A stretch of 64,000 bases of DNA from SAR86 cluster bacterium SAR86A. Its GTDB lineage: Bacteria; Pseudomonadota; Gammaproteobacteria; Magnimaribacterales; D2472. Where the stretch lies: NCBI GenBank assembly GCA_000252525.1, contig JH611156.1:433503-497502 (forward strand), written 5' to 3'. The notes below the pieces were generated by a model. The model saw only the letters and a list, made by a program, of their open reading frames with translations. It was not told the DNA's origin and did no database searches. The position numbers and the translations under genes were made by a program. This document shows, in pieces, positions 28,808 through 40,112 of this stretch. Each line of letters starts with the position of its first letter. Position 1 is the first letter of the stretch.

Positions 28808-30154
28808 ATGAAATATTCGCATCATAATCTCTCCCCATTAGATAATAGATATAGGGATAAAGTATCAGATATCACTGAATGCTTTTCTGAGTCTGCGCTT
28901 ATAAAAGTTAGATTTGTGATCGAAATTGAATGGTTAATCTTCTTATGTACAAATTATCCAAAAAAGTTCAAACCATTATCTAAAGCATCTATATCAAAAT
29001 TAAAAAAATTTAAAACAAATTTTTCAGACAAGGATGTAATAAGAATAAAAAATATTGAGAAAAAAACTAATCATGATGTAAAAGCTGTCGAGTATTTCAT
29101 CAGAGATTATTTTAAAAAAGATAAAAATCTGACTAAATATATAAATCTCATTCATTTTGGACTTACAAGCGAAGATGTTAATTCCTTGTCATATGCTGTG
29201 ATGATAGAAAATGGAAACAAAATACTTATAAAAAAAGTTTCAAAACTAATAACCCAATTAAATAAAATGTCTTCAAAATGGAAAAATATTACATTTCTAT
29301 CAAGAACACATGGTCAAGCTGCTTCCCCTTCAACATTAGGTAAAGAAATTAAAGTTATATCAAAAAGGTTAAGTAGAGAAATTGAGACATTTAAAAAAAT
29401 TAAAGGTTTAGCTAAATTTTCAGGAGCAACAGGAAATTATCATACATTCAATATGGTTGATTCTTCAATTAATTGGCAAAAAGCAAGCAAAAGGTTCATT
29501 AATTCATTTGGTATTCAACAAAACAAGGTTACAACTCAAATTGAACCACATGATTGGATTGCTGAAGTAATGCATGTCATGATAAGAATTAATAATATAT
29601 CAATAGATCTATCTCAAGATATGTGGACATATATTTCCAATGATATCTTTAAAATGAATTTAATTGAAAATGAGGTCGGTTCATCAACAATGCCTCATAA
29701 AGTTAATCCAATTGATTTTGAAAATGCTGAAGGTAATTTTGGTCTTTCAAATGCCTTAGCAAATCATTTTTCTGATAAATTAACTAAATCTAGATTACAA
29801 AGAGATTTATCAGATAGTACAGTTTTAAGAAATATTGGAAATGCTTATGGTTATTCCCATTTAGCCTTATCGTCACTTAATAAAGGATTAAATAAATTAA
29901 CTCCTAACAAAACTGTTATTAATAATGAGCTTGATGATAATTGGGAAGTCCTTACTGAAGCTGTACAAACTATAATGAGATATGAAGGTATAAATGATGC
30001 ATACGAACAATTAAAATCATTTTCTCGAGGTCGTAAGATTACAAGAGAAACTTATATTGAATTTGTAACTAATTTAAAAATATCAAAATCATCCAAAGAT
30101 AAATTGCTTAAATTAACGCCTTTTAATTATATTGGTTTAGCTAAAAAACTTTAA
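28808..30154 (+). CDS. purB: adenylosuccinate lyase
   Basis: LSPLDNRYRDKV N-terminus and the fumarate-lyase signature GSSTMPHKVNP. Confidence 0.95.
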   Translation: MKYSHHNLSPLDNRYRDKVSDITECFSESALIKVRFVIEIEWLIFLCTNYPKKFKPLSKASISKLKKFKTNFSDKDVIRIKNIEKKTNHDVKAVEYFIRDYFKKDKNLTKYINLIHFGLTSEDVNSLSYAVMIENGNKILIKKVSKLITQLNKMSSKWKNITFLSRTHGQAASPSTLGKEIKVISKRLSREIETFKKIKGLAKFSGATGNYHTFNMVDSSINWQKASKRFINSFGIQQNKVTTQIEPHDWIAEVMHVMIRINNISIDLSQDMWTYISNDIFKMNLIENEVGSSTMPHKVNPIDFENAEGNFGLSNALANHFSDKLTKSRLQRDLSDSTVLRNIGNAYGYSHLALSSLNKGLNKLTPNKTVINNELDDNWEVLTEAVQTIMRYEGINDAYEQLKSFSRGRKITRETYIEFVTNLKISKSSKDKLLKLTPFNYIGLAKKL

Positions 30155-30217
30155 AATTTTTCTTTTCTGTAGTATTACTACATAAATAATCCTTTATATA
30201 GTGCGTTTATCAGCATA

Positions 30218-30244
30218 TTGACATAATTTTCCTAATATTATTAA
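30218..30244 (+). promoter_or_regulatory. candidate sigma70-like promoter for aceA
   Basis: TTGACA at 30218-30223, 15-nt spacer, TATTAA at 30239-30244, about 25 nt before the ATG at 30270. Low specificity in AT-rich DNA. Confidence 0.2.
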
Positions 30245-30269
30245 CTTCACTACATAACAGGGGAAAATA

Positions 30270-31850
30270 ATGTCAAAATTAAACAATACTATTGAGAGTG
30301 CTAACAACATTCCTGAAATAAACACATCTAACTGGAAATCAATTAACCCAGAATATGTTGCTCGAATGAGGCTTCAAAATCAGTTCAAAACTGGTATTGA
30401 CATAGCAAAATATACGGCTTCTATTATGAGAAAAGATATGGATGATTATGATAATGATCCATCTAAATATACTCAATCATTAGGATGTTGGCATGGGTTT
30501 ATCGGACAACAAAAATTAATATCAATCAAAAAACATTTTGGTACTAATGATAAGAAATATTTATATTTATCAGGTTGGATGATCGCTGCTTTAAGATCAC
30601 AATTTGGTCCGCTTCCAGATCAATCAATGCATGAAAAAACGTCAGTTGCTAGTTTGATCAAAGAACTTTATACATTTCTTAAACAAGCAGATGCAAGAGA
30701 ATTAGGTGGTCTATTTAGAGAACTTGATAGCGCACCAGATAATAAAAAGGATGAGGTGATGAAAAAGATTGAAAATTTCGAAACACATATTGTCCCTATT
30801 ATTGCTGATATTGATGCTGGATTTGGTAATGAAGAAGCTACTTATTTAATGGCAAAGCAAATGATTGAAGCTGGTGCATGTGCTATTCAAATTGAAAATC
30901 AAGTTTCTGATGAAAAACAGTGTGGGCATCAAGATGGAAAGGTAACTGTCCCACATGCTGAGTTTTTAGCAAAAATTAATGCTGTTCGTTATGCATTTTT
31001 GGAACTTGGAGTGGATGACGGTGTAATAGTAGCTAGAACAGATTCCCTTGGCGCTGGCTTGACAGCAAGATTAGCTATAACTCATGAAGAAGGAGACTTA
31101 GGTGACAAATATAACTCTTTTCTAGATGTTGATGAAATCGATGAAACTAATATGAAACACGGTGATGTAATGATTAATAGAAAAGGTAAAATTGTAAGAC
31201 CAAAAAGACTTCCCTCAAACCTCTATCAATTTAGAAAAGGAACTGGTGAAGAAAGATGTATTTTAGATTCAATTACCAGTCTTCAAAATGGAGCAGATCT
31301 TATTTGGATTGAGACTGAAAAACCTCATATTGGACAAATTGCTTCAATGATGGATGAAATCAGAAAAGTAATACCAAATGCAAAACTTGTCTACAACAAT
31401 AGTCCTTCTTTTAATTGGACATTAAACTTTAGACAACAAGTATTTGATGCTATGTCTGAAGCTGGAGAAGATACATCAGATTATAAAAGAGATGATCTAA
31501 TGAATGAAAAATATGATAATTCTGAATTAGCTATGAGAGCTGATGATAAAATTAGAACATTTCAAGCTGATGCTTCAAAAGAAGCAGGTATTTTTCATCA
31601 TTTAATCACCCTACCCACATATCATACTGCTGCACTGTCAACAGATAATCTAGCAAAAGAATATTTTGGAGATGAAGGCATGCTTGGATATGTTGCAAAT
31701 GTTCAAAGAAAAGAAATCAGACAAGGCATAGCATGCGTTAAACATCAAAATATGTCAGGATCAGATATGGGAGACGATCATAAGGAATACTTTGCAGGAG
31801 ATGCAGCGCTTAAAGCAGCCGGTGAAGATAATACAATGAATCAGTTCTAA
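30270..31850 (+). CDS. aceA: isocitrate lyase (long, Pseudomonas-type subfamily)
   Basis: 526 aa. Catalytic loop SDEKQCGHQDGKV (KxCGH variant) and DIDAGFGN. Confidence 0.93.
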   Translation: MSKLNNTIESANNIPEINTSNWKSINPEYVARMRLQNQFKTGIDIAKYTASIMRKDMDDYDNDPSKYTQSLGCWHGFIGQQKLISIKKHFGTNDKKYLYLSGWMIAALRSQFGPLPDQSMHEKTSVASLIKELYTFLKQADARELGGLFRELDSAPDNKKDEVMKKIENFETHIVPIIADIDAGFGNEEATYLMAKQMIEAGACAIQIENQVSDEKQCGHQDGKVTVPHAEFLAKINAVRYAFLELGVDDGVIVARTDSLGAGLTARLAITHEEGDLGDKYNSFLDVDEIDETNMKHGDVMINRKGKIVRPKRLPSNLYQFRKGTGEERCILDSITSLQNGADLIWIETEKPHIGQIASMMDEIRKVIPNAKLVYNNSPSFNWTLNFRQQVFDAMSEAGEDTSDYKRDDLMNEKYDNSELAMRADDKIRTFQADASKEAGIFHHLITLPTYHTAALSTDNLAKEYFGDEGMLGYVANVQRKEIRQGIACVKHQNMSGSDMGDDHKEYFAGDAALKAAGEDNTMNQF

Positions 31851-33052
31851 TCTAATATTTCGTAAAGAGCTTTTGTAATTAGATTGGATGTTTTATAAAG
31901 ATCTTTCATCTTTTGTTGTCTATTACAGACAAATGAATAACCAATTTTATTTTTGAGATCTCCAAATGCTACTGAACCACCTATTCCAGCATGCCCATAA
32001 CATTGAGTGTTTAAAATTGGTGCAAAGTTAATATTTTGATTAAAACTTTGTTCAACCATAAAACAGTAACCAAAGTTAAGATTAGCACCAAATAAAACTG
32101 TATCAGGGCCAGAAGAATGAACTTCAATTGCTGTTTTAAGTACATCCTTATCAATAATACTTTCATTATCTTCAATCAGATTAGATAAAGTTCCAAAGAG
32201 TTTCGAAAGGCTCCTTGCAGTGCCATGTCCATTAGCTGAGGGCACCTCAGCTGTTCTCCAATCGACTGAATTTGGATTATTTTTATCAAAATTTTCAGAA
32301 TTGAACGCTTTCGAAAAATCATTTGATGTTATCGAGTTTTTAAAACTTTTAAGACTACCATTAAGAATAAAATTTGGAACGTATTTTATAAATCCGATTG
32401 GAGGTTGTATTGAATCTAATTTTTTATATGTTACATCTGCACATCTACTAAGATTCTCCTCTTTTAATCCTATATGAAAATCTAAATTTAATGGTTTAGC
32501 GAATTCGTCTTCAAAGTATTTTCCTACACTTCTACCATCAATTTTTCTAATCAATTCACCTATTAACCACCCAAATGTTACAGCGTGATAACCTTGAGTA
32601 GTCCCTGGTTCTCTAAAAGGCATTTGATTTTGAAGTGCATCTACATATAAATCCCAATCATTCCAATTTGATTGTGGATATCCATTTTGGAAACCAAACA
32701 TTCCAGCTCTATGTGTAAGTAAATCAATAACTCTTGTATCTTCTTTGCCATTACACCCATATTCTGGCCAATAATCAGATACTAATTTATTAACATCTAA
32801 TTTTTCATCACTGATCAATTTAAGAATACAAATACCTGTAACTGCTTTTGTCACCGACCATACATTGACCAATGTATCTTTAGTCCATTTTGTTGTTTTA
32901 GATTCTGATTTAAAGCCACCAAATAGATCTACAATCAATTCGCCTTTATATTCAATTGAAATGCCAGCCCCAAGCTCATAATCAGAATTTATTTGATCGT
33001 TAAAAATATCATATATTTTTTGAAACTCTGGCTTGTAATTGCCTTGGACCAT
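31847..33052 (-). CDS. beta-lactamase-family serine hydrolase (class-C-like esterase/peptidase)
   Basis: SxxK motif WSVTKAVTG. The length (401 aa) and a YHA motif are typical of the family. Confidence 0.75.
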   Translation of the reverse strand: MVQGNYKPEFQKIYDIFNDQINSDYELGAGISIEYKGELIVDLFGGFKSESKTTKWTKDTLVNVWSVTKAVTGICILKLISDEKLDVNKLVSDYWPEYGCNGKEDTRVIDLLTHRAGMFGFQNGYPQSNWNDWDLYVDALQNQMPFREPGTTQGYHAVTFGWLIGELIRKIDGRSVGKYFEDEFAKPLNLDFHIGLKEENLSRCADVTYKKLDSIQPPIGFIKYVPNFILNGSLKSFKNSITSNDFSKAFNSENFDKNNPNSVDWRTAEVPSANGHGTARSLSKLFGTLSNLIEDNESIIDKDVLKTAIEVHSSGPDTVLFGANLNFGYCFMVEQSFNQNINFAPILNTQCYGHAGIGGSVAFGDLKNKIGYSFVCNRQQKMKDLYKTSNLITKALYEILD

Positions 33053-33056
33053 TTAA

Positions 33057-33233
33057 TTAATTATTGCATTGCTCAGGATCGGTTCTGCCACATATTTCAC
33101 ATGATGAGCCGTCTTTCATATTTGCAATTCCGCCACAAGATCCTTTTAAAGGTTGTCCTTTAAAAAAAAGACTAGTTGCTAATCCAATGAAAGCAACAGC
33201 AATTATCAAAAAACCTAAAATAAATTCACTCAT
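33057..33233 (-). CDS. nqrM: (Na+)-NQR maturation protein NqrM (DUF539); absent from the supplied ORF track
   Basis: My hand translation is MSEFILGFLIIAVAFIGLATSLFFKGQPLKGSCGGIANMKDGSSCEICGRTDPEQCNN (58 aa): one TM helix plus four Cys including GSCGG. Its ATG overlaps the apbE TGA (ATGA), in the canonical position after nqrF-apbE. Confidence 0.85.
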   Translation of the reverse strand: MSEFILGFLIIAVAFIGLATSLFFKGQPLKGSCGGIANMKDGSSCEICGRTDPEQCNN

Positions 33234-34210
33234 GATTGTAGATCATACCATTTATTAGAATAAATGATTTCGTTATTATTAAGAATAAACATTGCAGCTA
33301 TGTTCAATTCATTTGCTTTATCGAAGGCATTAGTAAAGCCCATAGCATTAAAAGCAGTTGCAAAAGCATCAGCATATGATGCTGAAGACTCATGAATTAC
33401 TGTCACCGAACTAATTTGATTATTAATTGATTTGAGTGTTTTTGGATTTATAGTATGTGAAATCCTGTTGCCTGAATCATCAATCTTAAAATTTCTATAT
33501 TCACCAGATGTGGCTATTGCCAAAAATTTTGAATTATTATTAGATATTACTTTAATAGCTTTGTTTTGAATAACAGAAGGATCTTGAATACCAATATTCC
33601 AACTATCACCATGCTTTGTTCCATTAATAATAACTTCACCACCAATATCAATCATGTGATTAATTAAATCGTTATTTATAAGATATTCATGAATTACTTG
33701 AACAGCATAACCTTTAGCAACTGATGATAAGTCAAACCAATTCGACGAATTTTTATAAAGAATTTTCTCATTATTATCAATTCTAAAAGTAGAAGTATTT
33801 AACTGTATATTCTTGTTGCCAAAGTCAGGAGAAAATCCAAATTCACCTGATTTCTTGGCCATCATAATGTTATAAAATCCATCAGAGTTATTTTCAACAT
33901 ATTTAGCAACCTTTAAGATTTTATAAAGATGATTGGAAATTGATATTTTATTTAATGGAGAATTATTTATTATTGAAATTTCAGAATTATTTTTATAATT
34001 TGAAGCTACAAAATCAATATTATTAATTATGTTAATAATATTATTTTTGTGATGATCACCGATATACTGACTAGAAACAACAGACCATGAAGTGCCATAT
34101 GCTTGACCATTAATTTGATAGATTGATGTTTGATTGTGGTTATATGCAACTATTGTTAAAACAATACCTGCTACTAACGCAATTAATTTTGAAAAAAGTT
34201 TTCTTGTCAC
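33230..34210 (-). CDS. apbE: FAD:protein FMN transferase ApbE
   Basis: Follows nqrF as in Vibrio and Pseudomonas. N-terminal anchor and ApbE-like length (326 aa) with a C-terminal SASYADAFATAF region. Confidence 0.85.
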   Translation of the reverse strand: MTRKLFSKLIALVAGIVLTIVAYNHNQTSIYQINGQAYGTSWSVVSSQYIGDHHKNNIINIINNIDFVASNYKNNSEISIINNSPLNKISISNHLYKILKVAKYVENNSDGFYNIMMAKKSGEFGFSPDFGNKNIQLNTSTFRIDNNEKILYKNSSNWFDLSSVAKGYAVQVIHEYLINNDLINHMIDIGGEVIINGTKHGDSWNIGIQDPSVIQNKAIKVISNNNSKFLAIATSGEYRNFKIDDSGNRISHTINPKTLKSINNQISSVTVIHESSASYADAFATAFNAMGFTNAFDKANELNIAAMFILNNNEIIYSNKWYDLQS

Positions 34211-34218
34211 ACTATAGA

Positions 34219-35445
34219 TTAGCCACCAAAGTCATCAAGGGCAATATTTTCTGGCTCAACTCCAAGATTTAGCAGCATATCAATAACAGCTTTATTCATC
34301 ATAGGTGGGCCACACATATAATATTCACAATCTTCTGGTGCATCATGTTTCTTTAAATAATTTTCATAAAGTACATTATGAATAAAACCTGTATCACCGC
34401 TCCAATCGTCTTCAGGTAATGGATCAGATAAAGCTACGTGCCATTCAAAATTGTCATATTTATCAGCTAATTCATTAAATTCATCAACATAAAACATTTC
34501 TTTTAAACTTCTAGCACCGTACCAGAAAGTTATCTTACGATCAGTATTTATTCTTAAAAGTTGATCAAATATATGAGAGCGCATTGGTGCCATACCAGCA
34601 CCGCCACCAACAAAAACCATTTCAGCTGAAGTTTCTTTAGCAAAAAACTCACCAAAAGGGCCAAAAACTTTAACTTTATCGCCTGGTTTTAGATTGAAAG
34701 TCCAAGAAGACATTAAACCTGGAGGTACGTCTTGACCTGGAGGCGGTGATGCAATTCTGATATTAAATTTTATTATTCCTTTTTCTTCGGGATAATTTGC
34801 CATTGAATATGCTCTTATAACTGGCTCTGATGTAGTTGATTTATTGTCCCAGATTTTAAATCTGTCCCAATCTTCATGATATTCGTCTGAAATATCGAAT
34901 TCTTTGTAATCTAAATCATAGGCAGGTGCTTCAAGTTGAACATAACCACCAGCTCTAAAATCAACATTCTCTCCCTCAGGTAGTTTTAGAACAAGTTCTT
35001 TAATGAAGGTTGCAACGTTATCATTTGATATTACTTCACATTCCCATTCTTTAACACCAAAAACATCGTCTGGAACTTGTATTTTTAAATCGTTTTTAAC
35101 TGGAACTTGACATGATAGACGCCAGCCATCTTTTTTTTGAGTAGCATTAAAATGAGATTCTTCAGCGGCAAGTATTGAACCGCCGCCCTCAAATACCTGA
35201 CATTTGCATTGACTACATGTGCCACCACCTCCACATGCTGAAGCTAAAAATATATTGTTATCAGCTAAAGTAGTTAATAATTTTGAACCTGCTGGGACAA
35301 CTATTGGGTTTTGAGAATCTCCATTTATTTCGATTGATACATCTCCTGTTGATACTAATTGAGATCTTGCAATAATAATAACAAAAACAAGAAGAAGAAT
35401 TATTCCACTAAATGAAATGACGCCTAACAATAAATCAATACTCAT
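34219..35445 (-). CDS. nqrF: Na+-translocating NADH:quinone oxidoreductase subunit F
   Basis: N-terminal TM, 2Fe-2S motif [15 protein letters not shown] motif RAYSMAN. Start moved to the ATG at 35445 (MSIDLLLG), 1 nt after the nqrE stop. Confidence 0.95.
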   Translation of the reverse strand: MSIDLLLGVISFSGIILLLVFVIIIARSQLVSTGDVSIEINGDSQNPIVVPAGSKLLTTLADNNIFLASACGGGGTCSQCKCQVFEGGGSILAAEESHFNATQKKDGWRLSCQVPVKNDLKIQVPDDVFGVKEWECEVISNDNVATFIKELVLKLPEGENVDFRAGGYVQLEAPAYDLDYKEFDISDEYHEDWDRFKIWDNKSTTSEPVIRAYSMANYPEEKGIIKFNIRIASPPPGQDVPPGLMSSWTFNLKPGDKVKVFGPFGEFFAKETSAEMVFVGGGAGMAPMRSHIFDQLLRINTDRKITFWYGARSLKEMFYVDEFNELADKYDNFEWHVALSDPLPEDDWSGDTGFIHNVLYENYLKKHDAPEDCEYYMCGPPMMNKAVIDMLLNLGVEPENIALDDFGG

Positions 35446-35446
35446 A

Positions 35447-36058
35447 CTACAAAGATATTCCTCCAAATGACATAAAACCAAAGCTCATTAATCCAACAAT
35501 AATAAAAGTAGTTCCCAAGCCTTTTAAACCCTCAGGTATGTCTGAATATTTCAATTTTTCTCTAATACCAGCGAGTACCACAATTGCCAATGCCCAACCA
35601 AATCCTGCACCAAAACCATAAACAATACTTTCAGTAAACAATAAATCTTTTTCAACCATGAACAATGAAGCTCCTAATATTGCGCAATTTACAGTGATAA
35701 GTGGTAGAAATTGACCAAGTGCATTATACAAAGCTGGAACATATTTATCCAAAAACATTTCAAGTATTTGAACAGAAGCTGCTATAACACCTATATAACT
35801 TATCAATTCTACAAATTCTAAGTTAGTTCCCTCTATTCCTAACCACGTTAAAGCATCTTCTCTAAGAATATAGTTATATATTAGATTATTAAGAGGAACA
35901 GTTAATAAACATACCACTATTACAGCAACACCTAGACCAAAAGCTGCATCTATTTTTTTTGAAATGGCGATAAAGGTACACATGCCTAGAAAAAGTGACA
36001 ATGCAATATTTTCAATAAAAACAGTTGTTATAAATATATTTAAATAGTGTTCAAACAT
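35447..36058 (-). CDS. nqrE: Na+-NQR subunit E
   Basis: 203-aa polytopic RnfA/NqrE-type membrane protein in canonical operon position. Confidence 0.93.
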   Translation of the reverse strand: MFEHYLNIFITTVFIENIALSLFLGMCTFIAISKKIDAAFGLGVAVIVVCLLTVPLNNLIYNYILREDALTWLGIEGTNLEFVELISYIGVIAASVQILEMFLDKYVPALYNALGQFLPLITVNCAILGASLFMVEKDLLFTESIVYGFGAGFGWALAIVVLAGIREKLKYSDIPEGLKGLGTTFIIVGLMSFGFMSFGGISL

Positions 36059-36737
36059 TTATTTCTCTCTTTGTTAGATCGGGAGATGTAGAATGCTTTG
36101 ATACAACAAAGTCGTCTTCTTCTACTTGTTCTTTTTGTAGTGATCTAATTAGCCATATAAATAAACCAATTATGATAAATGAACTTGGTGGTAAAAGTAG
36201 TAAATTATTTCCCATATACCAACCACCATTTGAAACTAATGGCAGTATCTCATACCCAAACAATGTTCCTGAACCAAATAACTCTCTAATGAAAGCTACT
36301 CCAATAAGAATAATACTGTAACCAATTCCATTACCTAATCCATCAAGAAAACTAACAAATGGTTTTTCTTTCATGGCAAATGCTTCAGCTCTACCCATTA
36401 CAATGCAGTTAGTAATTATTAATCCGACAAATACTGATAATTTCTTACTTGTCTCATAGTCATATGCTTTTAAAAGTTCATCAACAACAATTACAAGTGA
36501 TGCGATAATAGTCATCTGTACAATAATTCTGATACTTGTAGGAATATAGTTTCTAATCAGTGAGATAAAAAGATTTGAAAAAGATATAACACTAGTTACT
36601 GCGACACACATCACCATCGTTACTGATAAATTATTTGTGACTGCCAAAGCAGAACAAATACCTAATATTTGAAGTGTAATAGGGTTTTCTTTTATTAGAG
36701 GATTGATTATGACCTCTTGATATCGTTTAAGATTCAT
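36051..36737 (-). CDS. nqrD: Na+-NQR subunit D
   Basis: [17 protein letters not shown] motif, a polytopic RnfE/NqrD-type protein in canonical position. Confidence 0.93.
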   Translation of the reverse strand: MNLKRYQEVIINPLIKENPITLQILGICSALAVTNNLSVTMVMCVAVTSVISFSNLFISLIRNYIPTSIRIIVQMTIIASLVIVVDELLKAYDYETSKKLSVFVGLIITNCIVMGRAEAFAMKEKPFVSFLDGLGNGIGYSIILIGVAFIRELFGSGTLFGYEILPLVSNGGWYMGNNLLLLPPSSFIIIGLFIWLIRSLQKEQVEEDDFVVSKHSTSPDLTKREINV

Positions 36738-37500
36738 AATTTAATTCCTTCAAAAGATTTGCATATCCTGAGTCACTAAACCAATATGAAACCATATTAG
36801 TAACCCCTCTACTTGTAATAGTTGCTCCAGACAGACCATCTATTTTATATTCAGACTCTATATCGCCTGTATCAACTTTTCCTTTGATAACTTCTAATGC
36901 TACTTGATCATTGTTATAGATTTTTTTACCTTTCCACGACGATTTCCAACGAGGGTTATCAACTTCTGCACCAAGACCGGGTGTCTCCTTATGATCATAA
37001 AATTCTATACCTGATACAGTATTAAAATCACTTTCAATTGCTATATAGCCATATAAGGTACCCCAAAGACCATAGCCTCTAATTGGCAAAATTAATTTTT
37101 TTATATTATCTAGATCATCTCTTAAGATATAAATTTTTCCAACATTTTCACGATTTTTTATTATTGCAATATCTTCGGAGGCAGGAACTTCAGATGATAA
37201 AGCAGGATCTTTTGTTACAACAACTTGATCATATTCATCAATATTAAAATTATTATATTCAGCCATCAACATTCCTGAGTCAAAATCAATGAATTTTGAT
37301 TCAAGCTGATTAAACTGATCACTAATAGATATGTTTTGATCATATATTCCTGCAACTTGCAGAACTTTTAATCTTTTATCATTAAGTTTGTTTTCTTTTT
37401 GTAAATCACGAAGACTAACCGCAGATGCCGAAACAATCAGTGAACATACTAGACAAACTGAAAATGCTACTGCTAGTGTTTTAATTATTGATTCATTCAT
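36727..37500 (-). CDS. nqrC: Na+-NQR subunit C
   Basis: Single N-terminal TM and the covalent-FMN threonine motif [13 protein letters not shown]. Confidence 0.93.
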   Translation of the reverse strand: MNESIIKTLAVAFSVCLVCSLIVSASAVSLRDLQKENKLNDKRLKVLQVAGIYDQNISISDQFNQLESKFIDFDSGMLMAEYNNFNIDEYDQVVVTKDPALSSEVPASEDIAIIKNRENVGKIYILRDDLDNIKKLILPIRGYGLWGTLYGYIAIESDFNTVSGIEFYDHKETPGLGAEVDNPRWKSSWKGKKIYNNDQVALEVIKGKVDTGDIESEYKIDGLSGATITSRGVTNMVSYWFSDSGYANLLKELNYES

Positions 37501-38722
37501 TATATAAAGCTTTTCTTTTTTTAATATTAGACATGACCACCAGATGATCTATTACAGGAGCTAATAAATTTGCAAATAATATAGCTAACATCATACCCTC
37601 TGGGAAGGCTGGATTTATAACCCTTATCAAAATTACTGTAACACCAATAACAATACCGTATATCCATCTACCAGTATTAGTGCCTGAGCCTGAGACAGGT
37701 TCAGTTGCCATAAATACTAAGCCAAATGCAAAACTACCTATAACCGCATGCCAGTACCAAGGAATGTAAAACATTTGATTAGTCTCAGAACCAACAATAT
37801 TTAAAATTGATGACATAAGAATCATTCCAATAAACGTTCCTAGAATTATTCGGTATGAAGCAACTTTAGTCATTAATAAAATAACCATACCAATTAATAT
37901 TGCAATTATAGATGTCTCACCAACTGAGCCTGGGATATTTCCTAAGAATGCATCCATCCAAGTATAAGAATTTGTAATACCTGCCATACCACTCTCAGCA
38001 GCCATGCCTAAAGCTGTTGCACCGCTATAACCCTCAGGGATAATATTGTAATCTGATATACCTGCAACCCAAACTTTGTCACCGGAGATTTGAGCTGGAT
38101 ATGCAAAGTATAAAAATGCTCTACCTGTAAGTGCTGGATTTAAAAAGTTTTTTCCTGTTCCACCGAAAATTTCTTTTCCAATTACAAGACCAAACGATAT
38201 ACCCATTGCAGCTTGCCACAAAGGTATGTCTGGTGGACAGCTTAGAGAAAATAAAACAGTTGAAACAAATGCACCTTCATTAATTTCATGTTTTCTTACA
38301 ATAGCAAATAAGGCCTCCCAAGCTATACCAACAGTAAATACAACAAAATATATTGGTAAAAAATAACATGCACCAAACCATAGTTTTGCAATAAAGCTAT
38401 TAGCATCATACCCCACCATGTTTACAAAATAATGATGCCAGTCACCAGTATTTTGTTGACCAATAGATTCTAAATATTCTAATGAATTGGCTCCAAGATT
38501 ATACATCCCAAAAAACATAGCTGGAAAAGTAGCAAGCCATACTGTAACCATTACTTTTTGTATATCAACAGCATCTCTTACATGTATTGGATTTTTTGTT
38601 TTCTTTCCATATGAAAATACTAAATTCTCTATTGCATCAAATAATGGAAACCAAGTTGTATATTTACCCTCTCCAACAAAATTTGGTTTAACATTATTTA
38701 AATAATTTCTAATTATTTTCAT
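37493..38722 (-). CDS. nqrB: Na+-NQR subunit B
   Basis: Polytopic membrane protein with FMN-attachment motif YSGATALG, in canonical position. Confidence 0.93.
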   Translation of the reverse strand: MKIIRNYLNNVKPNFVGEGKYTTWFPLFDAIENLVFSYGKKTKNPIHVRDAVDIQKVMVTVWLATFPAMFFGMYNLGANSLEYLESIGQQNTGDWHHYFVNMVGYDANSFIAKLWFGACYFLPIYFVVFTVGIAWEALFAIVRKHEINEGAFVSTVLFSLSCPPDIPLWQAAMGISFGLVIGKEIFGGTGKNFLNPALTGRAFLYFAYPAQISGDKVWVAGISDYNIIPEGYSGATALGMAAESGMAGITNSYTWMDAFLGNIPGSVGETSIIAILIGMVILLMTKVASYRIILGTFIGMILMSSILNIVGSETNQMFYIPWYWHAVIGSFAFGLVFMATEPVSGSGTNTGRWIYGIVIGVTVILIRVINPAFPEGMMLAILFANLLAPVIDHLVVMSNIKKRKALYNE

Positions 38723-40026
38723 AGTTCGTTAAAAATTTTATTTAAATTATCCATTAAAATAGAAGAGTAATCGTACTTACTTGGGCATACATACGAACAT
38801 AATGCTAAGTCCTCTGGTACTAGTTCCAGCATACCTAAATCGATTGCCATTTCAGTATCTGAAACAACTAAAGATTTTAATAACTGAGTAACTAAAATAT
38901 TCATAGGAATTACTTCCTCATATGAACTAACAGGAACAATTGCTCTATTCCCGCCTCCTATAGACGTATTAAAAATAAATTCTTTAGGTTTTAAAAATGA
39001 AGAAATAAATACATTTAATTTAGAATGTAAATTCTTGCCTGGCATTAACCAATTCATGAATATTTCATTCACTTCATCAGGTATTGCTGAAATTTGATTA
39101 TCATAAATACCTAAATAGTTCATAACACCATCAGATTGATGCCCATGTAAAACTGAACCAGAAATAATTCTAGAGTTAGGGTTAATCTTTCCGGCAGTTA
39201 TTTCATCAATATTTCCGGCTATTCGAGTTCTAATCAATGATGGTTCATACACAGAAGGACCTCCGATAGCTATGATTTTTGAAGTACGTAATGTTTTGTA
39301 TTGCATTAGATGTCCAATTGAAATTATGTCTTGATAACCAATTGTCCATACTATTTTATTAAGATTCACTGGGCAAAGTTGTGATATGTGTGTACTGCTC
39401 AAGCCAGCAGGATGTGGTCCTGAGAATTGTGTGTAAGTTACAGATTTATTATTTTTCTCAAATTTATCATTTTGATAATTTACGTATATGTCGCATTCAA
39501 ATTTTTTAACTAATATTTCTAGTCCTAAATCAAATAAATCTTGATCATATTTGATGATTTCATATGGATCTACAGATAAAGGATTGGTATCGCAACAATT
39601 GATAAATATTCCCTTTGGAATATCACTTATAGCAGGTGTTCTGTTAAATGGTCTTGTTCTAAAAGAATTCCATAAACCAGTTTCTTGTAACAGATTAATA
39701 AAATTCTCTTGATCATTAAATTCTATGAACTCTTCCTCATTATCTAAATCTATTTCTATAGAAATAAATTTTCTTTTATCTCCTCTATTTACGGCTTTGA
39801 TTAATCCTGACCCTGGAGCACAATAAAAAACACCTTTGTTTTTTTTGTCTTCAAATATTTTTTCACCACAATTAACATGATCACCTTCTTTAAAAAACAT
39901 TGTTGGCTTCATACCAACATAATCGTTAGACAATAGAGCAACGCTTGAGACCTTTGGCTCATCACTAATATCTAAAGATGGAGATCCTGATATTGGTAAA
40001 TCAAGACCTTTTGATATTTTAATCAC
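38719..40026 (-). CDS. nqrA: Na+-NQR subunit A
   Basis: 435-aa soluble subunit beginning MIKISKGLDLPISG, first gene of the nqr operon. Confidence 0.93.
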   Translation of the reverse strand: MIKISKGLDLPISGSPSLDISDEPKVSSVALLSNDYVGMKPTMFFKEGDHVNCGEKIFEDKKNKGVFYCAPGSGLIKAVNRGDKRKFISIEIDLDNEEEFIEFNDQENFINLLQETGLWNSFRTRPFNRTPAISDIPKGIFINCCDTNPLSVDPYEIIKYDQDLFDLGLEILVKKFECDIYVNYQNDKFEKNNKSVTYTQFSGPHPAGLSSTHISQLCPVNLNKIVWTIGYQDIISIGHLMQYKTLRTSKIIAIGGPSVYEPSLIRTRIAGNIDEITAGKINPNSRIISGSVLHGHQSDGVMNYLGIYDNQISAIPDEVNEIFMNWLMPGKNLHSKLNVFISSFLKPKEFIFNTSIGGGNRAIVPVSSYEEVIPMNILVTQLLKSLVVSDTEMAIDLGMLELVPEDLALCSYVCPSKYDYSSILMDNLNKIFNEL

Positions 40027-40112
40027 TTTTATTTGTGTGCCTTTATAAAGTTACTTTGAAACTGTTAAAAACAATAGAATTATACGGCTAAAAAGCCTTT
40101 GTTTCTATGGTT

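Noticed and set aside
30168-30182. TGTAGTA-T-TACTACA inverted repeat after purB as a terminator
   Set aside because: The loop would be 1 nt, so the effective stem is ~5 bp of mostly A/T, and no T-tract follows.
26358-31850. icd and aceA within 4 kb without aceK or malate synthase, as a sign of unusual glyoxylate-shunt control
   Set aside because: Absence from a 64-kb window says nothing about the genome. The Pseudomonas-type long ICL is commonly unlinked to aceB and aceK.
33161-33170. A8/T8 homopolymer inside nqrM as a phase-variation switch
   Set aside because: Homopolymer runs of this length are common throughout this AT-rich window. There is nothing else to suggest contingency behaviour.
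33064-33258. 64-aa + strand ORF in the gap after apbE
   Set aside because: It is the antisense shadow of the minus-strand nqrM gene (33057-33233). nqrM has the expected TM-plus-Cys pattern, ATGA coupling to apbE and the canonical operon position.
35446-35481. 12-codon N-terminal extension of nqrF overlapping nqrE
   Set aside because: The ATG at 35445 gives the conserved NqrF N-terminus (MSIDLLLG...) and sits 1 nt after the nqrE stop.
40086-40097. GGCT-AAAA-AGCC hairpin between gap and nqrA as a terminator
   Set aside because: The stem is only 4 bp, and the T-run is on the + strand whereas both flanking genes are on the minus strand. That is too weak to call.
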